A stretch of DNA of 33,544 nt from an uncultured archaeon. Its GTDB lineage: Archaea > Altiarchaeota > Altiarchaeia > IMC4 > QMZM01. The stretch is taken from positions 1 through 33,544 of the forward strand of contig CAZJVE010000013.1 of NCBI GenBank assembly GCA_964549685.1. Reading direction: 5' to 3'. The notes below the pieces were generated by a model. That model did not search any database. It was not told where the DNA came from and worked only from the letters and a program-made list of their open reading frames with translations. Both the position numbers and the translations under genes were made by a program. How positions within the stretch are numbered: the first letter of the stretch is position 1; each line of letters begins with the position of its first letter. This document shows positions 17,749 to 26,114 of this stretch, one piece after another.

Positions 17749-18537
17749 TTACTTTCTTATTACGGTCCCTAGATTTCTTTCACCGAGGAGGGCCTTCTTC
17801 ACAAGCCCCGGCTCCAGTGCGCTTATTATCTCCGATTCAATCTCCAGGTTCAGGAGCTCCCGGACCTTTCTTTGCATGCCCCCGGTTACGTCGGTGGAGG
17901 TCGAGCTGCCAATGCTCAGCGAGTCGATGTTCCCGGAATTTATCTCCGGAATAAGCTTTGCGTTTTCGTTCTCCTTCGGGTTTGAGTCGAATATGCCTGC
18001 GACATCGGTTGTTATTATTACTCTGGAGGCGTTGAGGTTCTTTGCGAGATATGGGACGAGGTGATCGCCGGATAGGATTGCTATCCCCTTCTCCTCGTCG
18101 ATGAGGACGTCGCCATATGCGACAGGGATTAAACCGAGGTTGAGGATTCCTTCAAGTGCTTCAGTAGGGAATTGAACCAGTTTTTCATCCTTCAGAATCC
18201 CGCCCGCCGAGGGCTGGAACTCGATTGCGTTGAGGTCGGCTTTCCTCAGGGCCTCGACGACAAGGAAATTCAATTTTTCCATTGAGTGATGAGTGATGGA
18301 GAAGCCCTCTACTTGCCTGTCACCCTTGAGGCCCTCGTTTAGCTGGTATTCCTTCGCAGGCACATGGCCGAATGGCCCTGCGCCGTGCACTATCAGGAGG
18401 GAGAATTCCCCTTCTTTCTTGGCCTCGGATATTTCAGTGGCCAGTCTCTGCAGAATCTCCTGGTTTACCTCGGCCTTGCCCTCGCCCTTCTTGGTTATCA
18501 CGGAGCCGCCCAGCTTCAGGATTATGAGTTCAGCCAT
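17749..18537 (-). CDS. ipk: Isopentenyl phosphate kinase
   Basis: Amino-acid kinase fold: KLGGSVIT, HGAGPFGH (IPK His), YGDV, ILSGD and DVTGGM; next to fni. ATG at 18537. Confidence 0.92.
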   Translation of the reverse strand: MAELIILKLGGSVITKKGEGKAEVNQEILQRLATEISEAKKEGEFSLLIVHGAGPFGHVPAKEYQLNEGLKGDRQVEGFSITHHSMEKLNFLVVEALRKADLNAIEFQPSAGGILKDEKLVQFPTEALEGILNLGLIPVAYGDVLIDEEKGIAILSGDHLVPYLAKNLNASRVIITTDVAGIFDSNPKENENAKLIPEINSGNIDSLSIGSSTSTDVTGGMQRKVRELLNLEIESEIISALEPGLVKKALLGERNLGTVIRK

Positions 18538-18919
18538 CTTCAATAATAATTGAGTCGTTGTCGATAATTAATTTGTCGCCATTCTTTATCTTGCCGATAT
18601 CCACCCTGTCAATGCACGGGATGTCGGAGATTATTGCCCCGACAGCGACTATCGGCTCGCATTCCTGGTTTATGATGGCTGCCGGGGCAGCATCGTTCTT
18701 CTTGAGCCTGTAGAGGGAATATGAGCCAACTGTTGAGCCCTTCCCGTGAGGAAAGATTAAAATTTTATTTTTTATTGAAATTCCCTGCAATTCGTGACCC
18801 TCTTCCGTTATCATTCCTGTCTCTGAGTCGATACAACCAAAAAATGAGAGCGGTGAATTCGACTTGAGGGCTTCTCCCTCTACCTTCCCGGCCCGTATTA
18901 TTCTGCCCTTCAGCTCCAT
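18530..18919 (-). CDS. DUF126 aconitase X swivel subunit (phosphomevalonate dehydratase small subunit)
   Basis: PLSFFGCID..TG, KILIFPHGKGSTVGSY, APAAIIN and IVAVGAIISDIP. The start is likely MELKGR at 18919. Confidence 0.9.
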   Translation of the reverse strand: MELKGRIIRAGKVEGEALKSNSPLSFFGCIDSETGMITEEGHELQGISIKNKILIFPHGKGSTVGSYSLYRLKKNDAAPAAIINQECEPIVAVGAIISDIPCIDRVDIGKIKNGDKLIIDNDSIIIEDG

Positions 18920-20091
18920 TTTCCTGTTACTGCTGCGTTGATGCACTGCTCCAGGTTTCCAAACCTGACGCTCAGGTTGCAGTGCGAGGGGGCATAGAAC
19001 GCTGCCTTTCCTGCGTTGGTTGCCATGGTCTTGAAGCCCAGCTCTTCGACTGGAGCCACAACCATGCAGGTGTCGGCAACGACCTTCGCGCCTGAGGATT
19101 CTATCTTTTTGGTGTCTGCAGCATCCATGATTTTTCTCGAGGTGGTTATCCAGAGCTCTGATTTGACCGTCTTTCCGTCCAGGAGATTTGAAATCTTCTT
19201 CAATTCGTTCAGCGAGGCGTGGGGGCAGCCAATCGCGACGAGGTCTATTTCGTTTGTATCTGAGTTGAGGGCGTCGTAGCCGTCCAGGAGGGTTTCGATG
19301 GTGAGGGTTTCTGCAGTTGTAGTGCCTAACTCTCTAGCCGGTGTGATTCCCTCAATGTAGTAGAGCGCCACAGCCCCGGATGCTGCCATCGCAGCACCCA
19401 GTGACTTGAGCTGGTCGGAGTCTGTTTTCCTTATCCCTTTGAAATAAGGAATGGAATTCCCTGCACTTTTTCCAACAGTATAACCTAGAGCGCCGAAGTC
19501 GGATATGCTGTTGAGCTCGCACTTAACCTCAACCAGGAGATTCGGCTTCCTGTTTTCATCGAGATGGAGGCCGTATTCTGGGGTCCTTCCAACTATCGCT
19601 GCTGCAAGGGCTGAGGGACCTCCCTCCCTGTTCGTCCTTGCGCCAATGACTGAATTTGCGTAGCTGACTGCCGAGGACTCGCTCCATGCGACATGCTCGC
19701 CCTGCTTTGGGACGTTGCCTGCCAGGTAGGGGGTGCACGTACAACTTGGTTGAATTCCCATCTTCTTGTAGGCTTCAATAACACGAGTTTGCTTTTCAGC
19801 GAATTCCTCGGAAATTCCCAGCTTTTTCCAGTTGTTAATGTCAATTCCAGCTGGATTAAGAGTAGTTGGAATTCTCACCCTTGCCCCTTTGTTAGCCCAA
19901 TCCTCCAGGAATTCCAGCCCTGCCTGGCCGAGATTCTTGTAGCTGACTCCTGCGACCTGTGCGCTGCTAACGGGGATGAATCTCCCGGCACCATAGATTT
20001 TGCCGAGCGCGAGAAGGATTTCCATGGCCTTCTGGACTCCTTCGCCCTGCCCTCCGTCCAGCATCGATTGCTCTTCCTTTGTCAGTTCCAT
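18910..20091 (-). CDS. DUF521 aconitase X catalytic subunit (phosphomevalonate dehydratase large subunit)
   Basis: MELTKEEQSMLDG..G, GVSYKN, CTCTPY, WSESSAV.YANSV.GARTNREG, GCPHAS, DTCMVV and TNAGKAAFY. The start is likely 20091. Confidence 0.92.
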   Translation of the reverse strand: MELTKEEQSMLDGGQGEGVQKAMEILLALGKIYGAGRFIPVSSAQVAGVSYKNLGQAGLEFLEDWANKGARVRIPTTLNPAGIDINNWKKLGISEEFAEKQTRVIEAYKKMGIQPSCTCTPYLAGNVPKQGEHVAWSESSAVSYANSVIGARTNREGGPSALAAAIVGRTPEYGLHLDENRKPNLLVEVKCELNSISDFGALGYTVGKSAGNSIPYFKGIRKTDSDQLKSLGAAMAASGAVALYYIEGITPARELGTTTAETLTIETLLDGYDALNSDTNEIDLVAIGCPHASLNELKKISNLLDGKTVKSELWITTSRKIMDAADTKKIESSGAKVVADTCMVVAPVEELGFKTMATNAGKAAFYAPSHCNLSVRFGNLEQCINAAVTGKWS

Positions 20092-20095
20092 TGCG

Positions 20096-21346
20096 TTAGA
20101 ATTCAATCCTGCTGAATTTCCCCCTCTCCCCGTCGGAGGGGATTGTTGCGTCCAGTCCTACTTTACAAGTGCTCCTGTCTTCCTCGGCCGAGGGGTCCAA
20201 TGAACTGCCCGGCTCCCTGAAAGATATTATGTCCTTGTCAGCCTGGAATCTGGTTGCAACTGCCCATTCTATATCCTCCGAGTCGTGGATGTCTATGTCA
20301 GAGTCAACCACTATGAGATGCTTCAGGCTCTTGTGGGTCTTGAATGCGGCTTCAATCGCCTTCTTCCCATCGTCGGAGTTCTTCTTGTCTATCTGGATAA
20401 CTGCGTGGAGCCATGAACATCCGCCATGAGTAAGGAGGACGTTTTTGCACTTACAGACCTCATTGACTGCATTAAATATTACGGGCTCTTTAGGCATGCC
20501 CATCAGGAGCTCGTGTTCTTCTGAGGCAGGGAGAAGGGCCTGGTAGATTGCGTCCTTCCTGTGCGTTATGAGATTAATCTCAATGACCGGCTCCTCCCTG
20601 ACGATGTCGTAGGTCCTCGTTATGTCGGGGAACGGCCCCTCGGCATGCCTCTCCTTCGTTATCTTTCCCTCAAGGACTATCTCTGAATCAGCAGGGACAA
20701 GGATGTCGTTAGTCTTGCACTTTACGAGCTCGAGGGGATGGAGGGAATTCGCAATCTCGAATTCATTGGTTTCAATCCCTGTCGAGATTGCTGCCGCAAG
20801 GAGGACAGATGGATGCAGGCCAATGCAGATTGCAATGTCCAGTTCGCCGCCGGCCCTCTTCAGGTACTCCATAAGATGCCGGCTGCAGATTCTTGCAACC
20901 AGCCTGTTCTTGGAGATGGGGCTCGCGCGGTGGAAGCTGAGGTTGAGACCAAATTCCGGGTCGTTGGAGACAAAGACTCCTGCTGTGATGTATGGTCCCA
21001 TGTCTCCTTTTGTATGTGTCAGGATTGGCAAGGTAGCAAGGTCAACTTCTTTCTCAACGACCTCCTGACAGGGGGCGTTATCGGCTGTCTTGGGCTTGGT
21101 GGGACTGTCTATGGCCCTGCTTATCCTCTGAATCAACTCCTCCCTCTTCACGCCGAGGGCTTTGGCGAAATTCTCTCTGGAGGAGCATACTCCTCCGACG
21201 ACTTGATAGGAGGAATTCCTTACTTTTTCAAATTGAATTAGTTTACCAGAATTTTCATTTAGAATTTTCGCAATCTCCAGGTTTGGGTCGGCTTCCTTTA
21301 ATATTTTTTCTACAGCCACTCCTGAGATAAATTCCCTCATGCTCAT
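20096..21346 (-). CDS. ubiD: UbiD family prFMN-dependent decarboxylase, probably anhydromevalonate phosphate decarboxylase
   Basis: GPYITAG, NLSFHR, VPADSEIVLEG, EGPFPDITRTYD, GGCSWLH, VDSDIDI, WAVATRFQ and SSLDPS; sits in the mevalonate cluster. Confidence 0.9.
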   Translation of the reverse strand: MSMREFISGVAVEKILKEADPNLEIAKILNENSGKLIQFEKVRNSSYQVVGGVCSSRENFAKALGVKREELIQRISRAIDSPTKPKTADNAPCQEVVEKEVDLATLPILTHTKGDMGPYITAGVFVSNDPEFGLNLSFHRASPISKNRLVARICSRHLMEYLKRAGGELDIAICIGLHPSVLLAAAISTGIETNEFEIANSLHPLELVKCKTNDILVPADSEIVLEGKITKERHAEGPFPDITRTYDIVREEPVIEINLITHRKDAIYQALLPASEEHELLMGMPKEPVIFNAVNEVCKCKNVLLTHGGCSWLHAVIQIDKKNSDDGKKAIEAAFKTHKSLKHLIVVDSDIDIHDSEDIEWAVATRFQADKDIISFREPGSSLDPSAEEDRSTCKVGLDATIPSDGERGKFSRIEF

Positions 21347-21411
21347 TTTATAGAACCTGGTAGTTGTTAATTAATATTCGGCAGAGGAAAAATAGGACTA
21401 TCGTCGATTTT

Positions 21412-22002
21412 TCAGTCTCCTGGAAGGTTGATGACGGGGCTGGCCTCGTCATACTTTACCCACTTCCTGTAGACGCTGTGCTCGACACCAATGGAGTCGA
21501 GAATCTTTCCTGCAAAGAAGTCCGTTACATCATCGACGGTCTTCGGCTTGTAGTAGTAGGCCATGTTGGGGGGCAGGATTATTGCTCCAGAAAGCTTCAG
21601 CTTGCGCATGTTCTCGATTGCGGCGAGGCTGAGCGGGGTGTCCCTTGGAACCACCACCAGCTTCCGGTTGAGCTTGAGCATGTTCTCTGCACAGCGAGTT
21701 ATCAGGTTGTCGCAGAAGCCGTTTGCTGCTGCTGACATGGTTTTCAGCGAGCAGGGGACTATGACCATCGCATCGACGGGGTTTGAGGAGCTCGCAATTC
21801 CCGCGTCGATTTCATTCTCATCGTAATGGAACGTGGAGAAGCTGCGAATCTCATCGGAATTCCCCAGTTCATACCCCATCACCTTCTTTCCTGCATCGGA
21901 TATAATGAGGTGGGTCTCAATCCTCTTCTCCTTCAGGACCTCCAGCAGCCTCGTGGCGATTGCCGCTCCGGAGGCTCCGGTTACTGCGACTATTACGCCC
22001 AT
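21412..22002 (-). CDS. ubiX: UbiX flavin prenyltransferase
   Basis: VAVTGASGA, VPCSLKTMSA, NLITR, PRDTPL and YYYKP..VDD motifs. Confidence 0.93.
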   Translation of the reverse strand: MGVIVAVTGASGAAIATRLLEVLKEKRIETHLIISDAGKKVMGYELGNSDEIRSFSTFHYDENEIDAGIASSSNPVDAMVIVPCSLKTMSAAANGFCDNLITRCAENMLKLNRKLVVVPRDTPLSLAAIENMRKLKLSGAIILPPNMAYYYKPKTVDDVTDFFAGKILDSIGVEHSVYRKWVKYDEASPVINLPGD

Positions 22003-22034
22003 AAGATTAAATTAGTTCATTCCAATATTTAAAG
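22003..22034. promoter_or_regulatory. Overlapping divergent TATA promoters for ubiX and trm1 in 32 bp
   Basis: ATTAAATT (22006-22013) is ~22-29 nt before the trm1 ATG. Minus-strand TTTAAATA (22026-22033) is ~24-31 nt before the ubiX ATG. Confidence 0.5.
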
Positions 22035-23132
22035 ATGCGCATTATAGAAGTCGTTGAAGGACGAACAAAGCTTCTCGTGCCAAAGGAGGAGAAGCTGACG
22101 AAGAGGAACGAGGTTTTCTATAATCCTGAGATGGAGCTGGCTAGAGACATCTCGGTTGCGGTTGTGAAAATTCTGAATCCCGGGGAATTCTGCGACCTTC
22201 TTGCAGGGAGCGGAGCAAGGGGCGTAAGGATAGCAAATGAGGTGGGGATTCCCACCATAATGAATGATTTGAATCCAAGTGCTGTAAAGCTTATTGAAAA
22301 AAACTGCAAGTTGAACAAGGTTAGGTGTACAATCACCCAGCAGAGCGCAAACCAGCTCCTCGCAAGCGAGAGATTCGAATTTATAGACATAGACCCCTTC
22401 GGCCCGCCTGTAAGCTTTGTTGATTCCGCAATTCAGTCAGTAAAAAATAAAGGAATTCTCGCAGTTACCGCAACCGACACCTCGGCTTTGTGCGGGACCT
22501 ATCCGAAGGCGTGTAAGAGAAAGTACGACTCCGTCTCTGTCAGGACGGACTACTACAACGAGCTGGGGCTGAGGACTCTCATCGGCTTCGTTGCGAGGAA
22601 TGCGCTGAGGCACGAGGCAGGAATTCTCCCTCTCTTCTCGCACTGCACGAGGCACTACTTCAGGACCTATGTGAGGGTGGTGAAGGGCAGGCGGGCAGTC
22701 AATGAGACTCTCGACAATGTAAGATTCCTGCAGCACTGTTTCTCATGCCTTTGGCGGGGCTACGCAGACATGAAAGAGCTGAAGCCAGTCTGCAAATGCG
22801 GCGGTAAGCTGGAGACTGCCGGGCCGCTATGGGCTGGGGGCTTTGCTGACAGGGAATTTTGTGGTAAATTAAAAAAAACACTGGTGAATTCCGACTTCAA
22901 TAAGAGGGCTGAGGCCGTAAAACTCGCCAATCTCATCGGTTCGGAGCAAAAAATCACCCTGCCATACTATAATATCCACAAAATCTTCAAGAAATTGCAC
23001 AAACCAGCTATTCCAATGCCCGAAATAATGGAAAATCTGGGGAAAAGGGGCTTCAATGTGGAGAGAACACACTTTTCAGGGCTCGGATTGAGGGTTTCTG
23101 GTGATGTTTCTGAGATTATTAATGTTCTCTGA
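22035..23132 (+). CDS. trm1: tRNA (guanine26-N2)-dimethyltransferase
   Basis: VFYNPEMELARD, AGSGARGVR, NDLNP, IDIDPFG, TATDT..LCG, ELGLR, HYFR, CxxC/CxC and GPLWAG. Confidence 0.95.
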   Translation: MRIIEVVEGRTKLLVPKEEKLTKRNEVFYNPEMELARDISVAVVKILNPGEFCDLLAGSGARGVRIANEVGIPTIMNDLNPSAVKLIEKNCKLNKVRCTITQQSANQLLASERFEFIDIDPFGPPVSFVDSAIQSVKNKGILAVTATDTSALCGTYPKACKRKYDSVSVRTDYYNELGLRTLIGFVARNALRHEAGILPLFSHCTRHYFRTYVRVVKGRRAVNETLDNVRFLQHCFSCLWRGYADMKELKPVCKCGGKLETAGPLWAGGFADREFCGKLKKTLVNSDFNKRAEAVKLANLIGSEQKITLPYYNIHKIFKKLHKPAIPMPEIMENLGKRGFNVERTHFSGLGLRVSGDVSEIINVL

Positions 23133-23137
23133 GTTAT

Positions 23138-23222
23138 TATTTTACATAATGTAAAATAGTATGTTTTTTATGTGAGTTTTTACTATTTGATATTTAAAAG
23201 ATAAATACATAATGTAAAATAG
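23138..23222. promoter_or_regulatory. Duplicated palindromic operator flanking a TATA box upstream of the wHTH gene
   Basis: Perfect inverted repeat TATTTTACAT-A-ATGTAAAATA (23138-23158); 17-bp TACATAATGTAAAATAG at 23143-23159 and 23206-23222; TTTAAAA at 23193-23199. Confidence 0.7.
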
Positions 23223-23224
23223 AA

Positions 23225-23605
23225 ATGAAAAAAAGAAGGTCCAAAGTTCCGCTAAAGGTCGAACTGGAGCCGGAAAAGCCCATGGAAAAGGTAGAGGACC
23301 TTCTTGACCTCATCTTCTGGAAGGAACCATCCCTGACGGACGAAGCCATCGAATTCTTGAGACATGTGAAGGAGTGGGGCAGGACCGACTCCCCTTACAA
23401 GGCTGAAGACTGGGACAACTACTGCACAAGGGCAGGCATGAGCCAGGGCAAGTACCACAACATACTCAGAAGGTTGAAAAAGGCAGGGATGATCGAAAAG
23501 ACCTACAACGAAAGCATAAAGGAGCACGAGATAAGAATCTCCGATAAGTTTTCATTCTACCTCTCGAGGATGAGCAGGCTGTGGGACGAGTTCTGCAGCA
23601 GGTAA
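23225..23605 (+). CDS. Putative winged-HTH DNA-binding protein
   Basis: AGMSQGKYHNILRRLKKAGMIEK followed by a beta-wing-like segment and a C-terminal helix; family not identified. Confidence 0.65.
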   Translation: MKKRRSKVPLKVELEPEKPMEKVEDLLDLIFWKEPSLTDEAIEFLRHVKEWGRTDSPYKAEDWDNYCTRAGMSQGKYHNILRRLKKAGMIEKTYNESIKEHEIRISDKFSFYLSRMSRLWDEFCSR

Positions 23606-23612
23606 TCTACAA

Positions 23613-23693
23613 CTAACGGGTCAGGTGCTCGGAGAGCGACCCTCCAAACACAATCAATACAAAAAGCATAAATGATATCTCCACTATTCCCAT
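23613..23693 (-). CDS. Possible 26-aa hydrophobic small protein MGIVEISFMLFVLIVFGGSLSEHLTR
   Basis: Manual translation (below the ORF track cutoff). It lies in an otherwise empty 162-bp gap, has an AT-rich upstream region and one TM-like stretch. Confidence 0.3.
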   Translation of the reverse strand: MGIVEISFMLFVLIVFGGSLSEHLTR

Positions 23694-23767
23694 TTTTCGT
23701 TTATTACCTAAATATCGTACAATAAATGCTTAAAAATAGCTAAATTCAAGAAGATAAAGGAGTAGAA

Positions 23768-24646
23768 TTAGAGAAGCTTCATGTCCTGCAGGACCTTTCT
23801 TATCCTTTCCTTGCTGTCCTCGCTCACTGGCACGAGAGGAAGCCTCGGGTTCCCTGCGGCCAGCCCCATCATGTTCATCGCTGCTTTGGCTGGAGAGGGG
23901 TTGGTCTCTATGAACAGAATCTTTGATAGGGGATAAAGCTGATAGTGCACCTCCCTGGCACGCTGCATGTTTCCGTCAATGGTTGCATGGACCATCTCGG
24001 ACATGAGCTTCGGGGCAACGTTGCTTACGACAGAGATTGCTCCCTTTCCACCAAGCGCAACTATCGGGAGATTAAGGGAATCGTCCCCTGAGATTACTGC
24101 AAACTTCTCGCCGCAGTCGAGAATTTCCTGGGATACCTGATTCAGATTCCCTGTCGCATCCTTAATTCCAATTATATTTGGAATCTCCGTTAACCTCTTC
24201 GTCGTTGCGGGCTCGATGTTCACCATCGTCCTGCTCGGGACGGTGTAGAGGATTATCGGGATGTCTACTGTTTCGGCGACCTTCTTGAAGTGCTGATAGA
24301 CTCCCTCCTGCGTAGGCTTGTTGTAGTATGGAGAAATCATCAGGGCCGCATCGGCTCCTGCGTCCTTCGCGTGCTTGGTATATTCAAGGGATTCTGTGGT
24401 GCTGTTGCTTCCCGTTCCTGCAATCACCGGCACCTTGCCCTTGGCCTGGTCTATCGCAATCTCAATGACCTTTTTGTGCTCTTCACTATTGAGAGTGGCA
24501 GACTCTCCAGTCGTTCCAACAGGCACAATACCGTCAATTCCCTCTGAAATCTGGAAGTCGATGTTCTTCCTAAATCCCTCCTCGTCCAGCTCGCCGTTCT
24601 CCTTGAATGGAGTAACGAGAGCAGTAAATAGACCCCTGAATTCCAT
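23768..24646 (-). CDS. dapA: 4-hydroxy-tetrahydrodipicolinate synthase
   Basis: TALVTPF, GTTGES, AGTGSN, PYYNKP, ILYTVPSRT, Schiff-base Lys in GIKDATG, SGDD and ETNP. The start is likely MEFRG at 24646 (alternative 24655). Confidence 0.95.
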   Translation of the reverse strand: MEFRGLFTALVTPFKENGELDEEGFRKNIDFQISEGIDGIVPVGTTGESATLNSEEHKKVIEIAIDQAKGKVPVIAGTGSNSTTESLEYTKHAKDAGADAALMISPYYNKPTQEGVYQHFKKVAETVDIPIILYTVPSRTMVNIEPATTKRLTEIPNIIGIKDATGNLNQVSQEILDCGEKFAVISGDDSLNLPIVALGGKGAISVVSNVAPKLMSEMVHATIDGNMQRAREVHYQLYPLSKILFIETNPSPAKAAMNMMGLAAGNPRLPLVPVSEDSKERIRKVLQDMKLL

Positions 24647-24691
24647 TTTTACCATAAAGTTACTAATCATTATACTATTCACCCATTAAAA

Positions 24692-25345
24692 ATGCGACCA
24701 AAGCAAATATTTCCAGGGGTTTACAGTGTTGGCAGGGACATTGCAACGGAAAATTCAACCCCTGGATTCAGGGTCTATGACGAAAGGCTCTTGAAATCAA
24801 AGGGGAGTGAGTACAGGCTCTGGGACCCCCACCGCAGCAAGCTTGCTGCAGGGATTGCCAAAGGGCTAAAAAGGTTTCCGTTCAAGCCGAATTCGAATGT
24901 ACTGTATCTTGGCGCTTCATCGGGAACGACTGCAAGCCATCTGGCCGATATTTGCCCCAATGGACTGATTTATTGCGTCGAGTTCTCGAAGAGGATGATG
25001 CAGGATTTATTGCAGGTTACAATGAGGAAGAGAAACATGGTCCCGGTTCTTGCGGATGCAAATTTGCCAGCAAATTATCTGCACCAGATTGCGAAGGTTG
25101 ATGTAATCTATCAGGATGTTGCACAGAAGAATCAGGCCGAAATTTTGTTGAAGAATTCCGAACTGTTCAGGCCAAAATTCGCAATGCTCTCGATAAAGTC
25201 CAGAAGCATAAATGCAATCGAAAGCCCGAAGAAGGTTTTCAAGAGGGAGATAGAGGAGCTGAGAAATGATTTCTCTGTTCTTGAGAAGATTGACCTCAGG
25301 CCTTATGACAAGGATCATGTCCTTGTGAATCTTGAGAGGAAGTAA
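24692..25345 (+). CDS. flpA: Fibrillarin-like rRNA/tRNA 2'-O-methyltransferase
   Basis: YRLWDPHRSKLAA, VLYLGASSGTTASH, VEFS, YQDVAQ, IKSRSI and LRPYDKDH. Confidence 0.95.
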   Translation: MRPKQIFPGVYSVGRDIATENSTPGFRVYDERLLKSKGSEYRLWDPHRSKLAAGIAKGLKRFPFKPNSNVLYLGASSGTTASHLADICPNGLIYCVEFSKRMMQDLLQVTMRKRNMVPVLADANLPANYLHQIAKVDVIYQDVAQKNQAEILLKNSELFRPKFAMLSIKSRSINAIESPKKVFKREIEELRNDFSVLEKIDLRPYDKDHVLVNLERK

Positions 25346-25347
25346 AA

Positions 25348-25728
25348 ATGTATTCAATGTTGCTTATAGGTATTGGCGGTTTCCTGGGTGCGATTCTCAG
25401 ATATCTGGTCTCGGGATGGATACAGAATATGAATTCCGGTTTCCCGGTCGGAACACTGGGTGTCAATTTCATCGGGAGTTTCTTTATAAGTTTGGTTATG
25501 TATCTCTCAGAGTACAGAGGTCTGTTCAGTGATGAAACAAGAATATTTCTGACAATAGGATTGCTCGGTGCATTCACAACAATGTCGACATTCAGCTACG
25601 AATCGTTCAGGTTATTAGAGCAAAGGGAGATATCCTTATTAGCGATAAATGTAATCGGAACAATTATGCTAACATTGCTTGCAGTATATTTGGGAAGGGC
25701 CGTTGTCCTAAACCTAGAGGGAATCTAA
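25348..25728 (+). CDS. crcB: Fluoride channel CrcB/Fluc
   Basis: GGFLGAILRY, GTLGVNFIGSF and GLLGAFTTMSTFSYE; four TM helices. Confidence 0.95.
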   Translation: MYSMLLIGIGGFLGAILRYLVSGWIQNMNSGFPVGTLGVNFIGSFFISLVMYLSEYRGLFSDETRIFLTIGLLGAFTTMSTFSYESFRLLEQREISLLAINVIGTIMLTLLAVYLGRAVVLNLEGI

Positions 25729-25729
25729 A

Positions 25730-26071
25730 ATGGAAAAAGAATCTGAGGCTGTTTTGTTAAGGATTTTCATCGGCGAGTCAGACACGTATGATGGAAAACC
25801 ACTATACAAATATCTTGTGGAAACGTTCAGGAAAGAAGGATTGGCGGGTGCTACTGTTTTAAGGGGCATGGAGGGTTTCGGAAAAACGAGCGGGATCCAT
25901 ACGACATCGATACTCAGGCTCTCGACAGACCTTCCGATAGTGATAGAGGTCGTGGATAAAAAGGAGAAGATAGACGGAATTAAACCACGACTGGAGGGGA
26001 TTATAAAGGGGGGCCTCATAACCGAAGAGAAGGTCGGGATAATTCTTTACGGCGGCGGCGATAAGGAATAG
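25730..26071 (+). CDS. DUF190 PII-like protein (commonly paired with crcB)
   Basis: LLRIFIGESD, GLAGATVLRGMEGFG, LRLSTDLPIVIEVVD and GLITEEKV. Confidence 0.92.
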   Translation: MEKESEAVLLRIFIGESDTYDGKPLYKYLVETFRKEGLAGATVLRGMEGFGKTSGIHTTSILRLSTDLPIVIEVVDKKEKIDGIKPRLEGIIKGGLITEEKVGIILYGGGDKE

Positions 26072-26114
26072 CTCCGTGAGGCCATTTATATTACTCCAAA
26101 CCAATTATAATCCT

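Noticed and set aside
20096-22002. UbiD/UbiX as ubiquinone or aromatic-acid decarboxylation genes
   Set aside because: The context with DUF521, DUF126, ipk and fni points to the archaeal mevalonate pathway.
23618-23642. Hairpin resembling the SRP RNA S-domain (GGTCAGG...AGC)
   Set aside because: It lacks the GNRA-capped apical stem, and there is no room for a ~300-nt archaeal SRP RNA.
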